A DNA stretch of 64,000 bases, from contig NC_068998.1 of assembly GCF_001194135.2 (NCBI RefSeq), forward strand, positions 16,684,834 through 16,748,833. The letters are read 5' to 3'. This DNA comes from Octopus bimaculoides (Eukaryota). The notes under the pieces are model-generated. The model did no database searches and was not told where the DNA came from. It was given only the letters and a program-made list of their open reading frames with translations. This document shows positions 61,771 through 64,000 of the stretch, piece after piece. Positions within the stretch are counted from its first letter, which is position 1; each line of letters begins with the position of its first letter. The translations under genes and the position numbers were made by a program.

Positions 61771-63289
61771 TGATAAATTTATTAATGGCATTAACTTAGT
61801 ACATTACCACTGACATTTTTGCTACTATCTAACCAGCTAAACTAAATAACTTAACCAATATCCTCAATATTTTGAAACACTGCTTAACTCTTTGCAACCA
61901 TATTTCATATGAAATAGAATGCCAGTCTGTTTCAATTAGTTTTGGCAATAATTAAGAATTTATGCAGATTTTGTGAAATAATTTTGATTATTTCTTCTTA
62001 GGCACAGATATGACTGTGTGGCAAGCAGCTTGCTTTCTAACCACATGGTTTCAGGTTCAGTTCCACTGTGTGGCACCTTGGGTGAGTGTTTTCCACTATA
62101 GCCTTGGGCCAACCAAAGCCTTGTCAATGTATTTGGCAGAGGGAAACTGAAAGAAGCCCATTGCATATATATATATATATATATATATGCATGTGTGTAT
62201 GCTTCTGTGTCTCTATTTATCTCTCTTACTTGACAACTGTTTACATCCCCGTATCTTAGTGGTTTGTCATAAGAAACTAATAGAATAAGTATGATACTTA
62301 AAAAAAAAAGTTCTGTGGCCGATTCATTTGACTAAACATTCTTCAAGGTGGTGCCCCAGCATAGTCACAGTCTAATGATTGAAACAAGTAAAAGCTAAGA
62401 GATAATTAACTCTTTAGCATTCAGATTACTTTGTCATATGTAATGCTCATTTATTCACATCGTTGTGAATTAATTACATATTATCTCATATCTTTGAAGT
62501 TTCAATGATGCAATTGTTTATTTTTGTAATGACATTGTAGGGGAGGTATGAGAGGCTAGATCTGGCCAGTTTCAACATAAAACAGATGGAATATTTGGAC
62601 CTGATATGGCCAGTTTAAATGCTTAAAGGGTTAGATTTTCTATTATGGTGTTTGGAACATAACTGAAAGTTCTTAGATGAATTATAATAGGTTTTGATTT
62701 AAATATGAATCCTTCTTTTACTTGTTTCAATCATTGGACTGTAGGCATGCTGGAGCACTACTTTAAAGGGGTTTATTTAGCCAAACAAATTTCCCCAGTA
62801 CTTATTTTATATGTCTGGTACTTATTCTGTCAAATACTTTTGCTGAACTGCTAAGTTATGTGGTAGTGGTGAGACAAATACTAACAGATACACACACACA
62901 CACATGTATGTGTACACACACACACACACACATAGTTTCTGTTTCCCAGATTTACTCTCAAGGCATTATTTGGCCTGGGAGCTATAGTAGAAGACACTTA
63001 CCCAAGGTGTCATGCAGTGGGGCTGAACCCAAATGCCTGTATTTGCAATGTAAACCTCTTAACCACACAGCCTCTAAGATGGGTTGGTATAAACCAAGAT
63101 GTTACCATACTACTGTTGAAATACATTGTCTCTGTTCCAATTAATATTGGTTTCAAATTTTGGCATAGTTGGCAGCAATTTTGGAAATGGGGTAAGTAGG
63201 TTACATCGACCTCAGTACTCAACTGGTATTTATTTTATTGACCCCGAAAGGTTGAAAGGCAAAGCTGACCTCAGTGGAATGTAAATTAT

Positions 63290-63780
63290 CATCATCATCA
63301 TCGTTTAACATCCACCTTCCATGCTAGCATGGGTTGGACAATTTGACTGAGGACTGGTGAACCAAGTGGCTACACCAGGCTCTAATCTGATTTGGCAGAG
63401 TTTCTACAGCTGGATGCCCTTCCTAACGTCAACCACTCGGAGAGTGTAGTGGGTGCTTTTACGTGCTACCGGCACGAAGGCCATTCAGGCGGTACTGGCA
63501 ACGGCCACACTCAAAATGGTGTATTTTACGTGCCACCTGCACAGGAGCCAGTCCAGTGGCACTGGCAACGATCTCGCTCGAATGTCTTTTCACGTGCCAC
63601 TGGCACAACAGTAAGGTGACGCTGGTAGCGATCACACTCAAATGGTGCTATTTACGTGCCACCAGCACAGAAGCCAGAAGACAGCTGCTATGGCAACGAT
63701 CAAGCTCGAACAGTGCTCTTAGCGCTCCACTGGTACAGGTGCCATCACAATTTCGATTTCGCTTGATGGACAAAATACCA
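63290..63780 (-). mobile_element. RTE LINE 3' end, long copy with internal subrepeats
   Basis: Reverse-orientation copy starting CATCATCATCGTTTAACATCC and containing repeated TTTACGTGCCAC units. Confidence 0.8.
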
Positions 63781-64000
63781 CTAAGCATTTTGCTTGGCAT
63801 GCTAACAATTCTGCCAACTTGTCACTTTGTTTCAATTAATATTGAAAAAAAAATAGAGTTTGGTAAATTTAGTAAAATATCTTTATCACTATTAAAATGG
63901 GGTTTGAATCATAAACTAACATAAATTTTAGCTGGAAGTTTTAATTTACAACATTTTAAAATAGGAAATTTGTACCAAAGAACTGGGGTCAGTCTCAGGT

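Noticed and set aside
53486-64000. Search for SZT2 exon 21 (expected to resemble human LHPRDAACIGSMLSFE)
   Set aside because: Acceptor candidates at about 54988, 58965, 59253, 59505, 60885, 61303 and 61375 all reach stops or show no similarity; the exon is probably downstream or in a gap.

Overview
AT-rich, repeat-dense, N-gapped eukaryotic genomic DNA, most likely a coleoid cephalopod such as Octopus (inferred from the repeat landscape, not confirmed by a search). Two spliced genes sit head-to-head with start codons only 253 bp apart. On the minus strand is a complete MED8 (Mediator subunit 8; 7 coding exons, 247 aa, 24456->5202). On the plus strand are the first 20 coding exons (989 codons) of SZT2 (KICSTOR scaffold; 24710->53485), which must continue beyond the window. 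All exons were reconstructed by hand; GT-AG boundaries and reading phases are mutually consistent. The introns are filled with RTE-type LINE fragments and their (ATG)n-tailed 3' ends, several tRNA-headed SINE families, TTAA-flanked MITEs, a deleted DD37D Tc1/mariner element, a mariner MITE and microsatellites, plus a tRNA-Glu(CTC) pseudogene. The most notable observations are: (i) the MED8/SZT2 divergent pair, also head-to-head in human, with ETS and MiT/TFE-type motifs and a uORF in the shared promoter/leader; (ii) several near-perfect intronic fold-backs, including a pre-miRNA-sized hairpin, a 201-bp palindrome and a template-switch inversion inside a SINE; (iii) loss of the BC-box cysteine in MED8. 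Assembly gaps: 13866-13885, 23699-23708, 25201-25740, 27385-27688, 48574-48583, 54111-54350, 56855-57126. No CRISPR array, rRNA or prokaryotic system is present.
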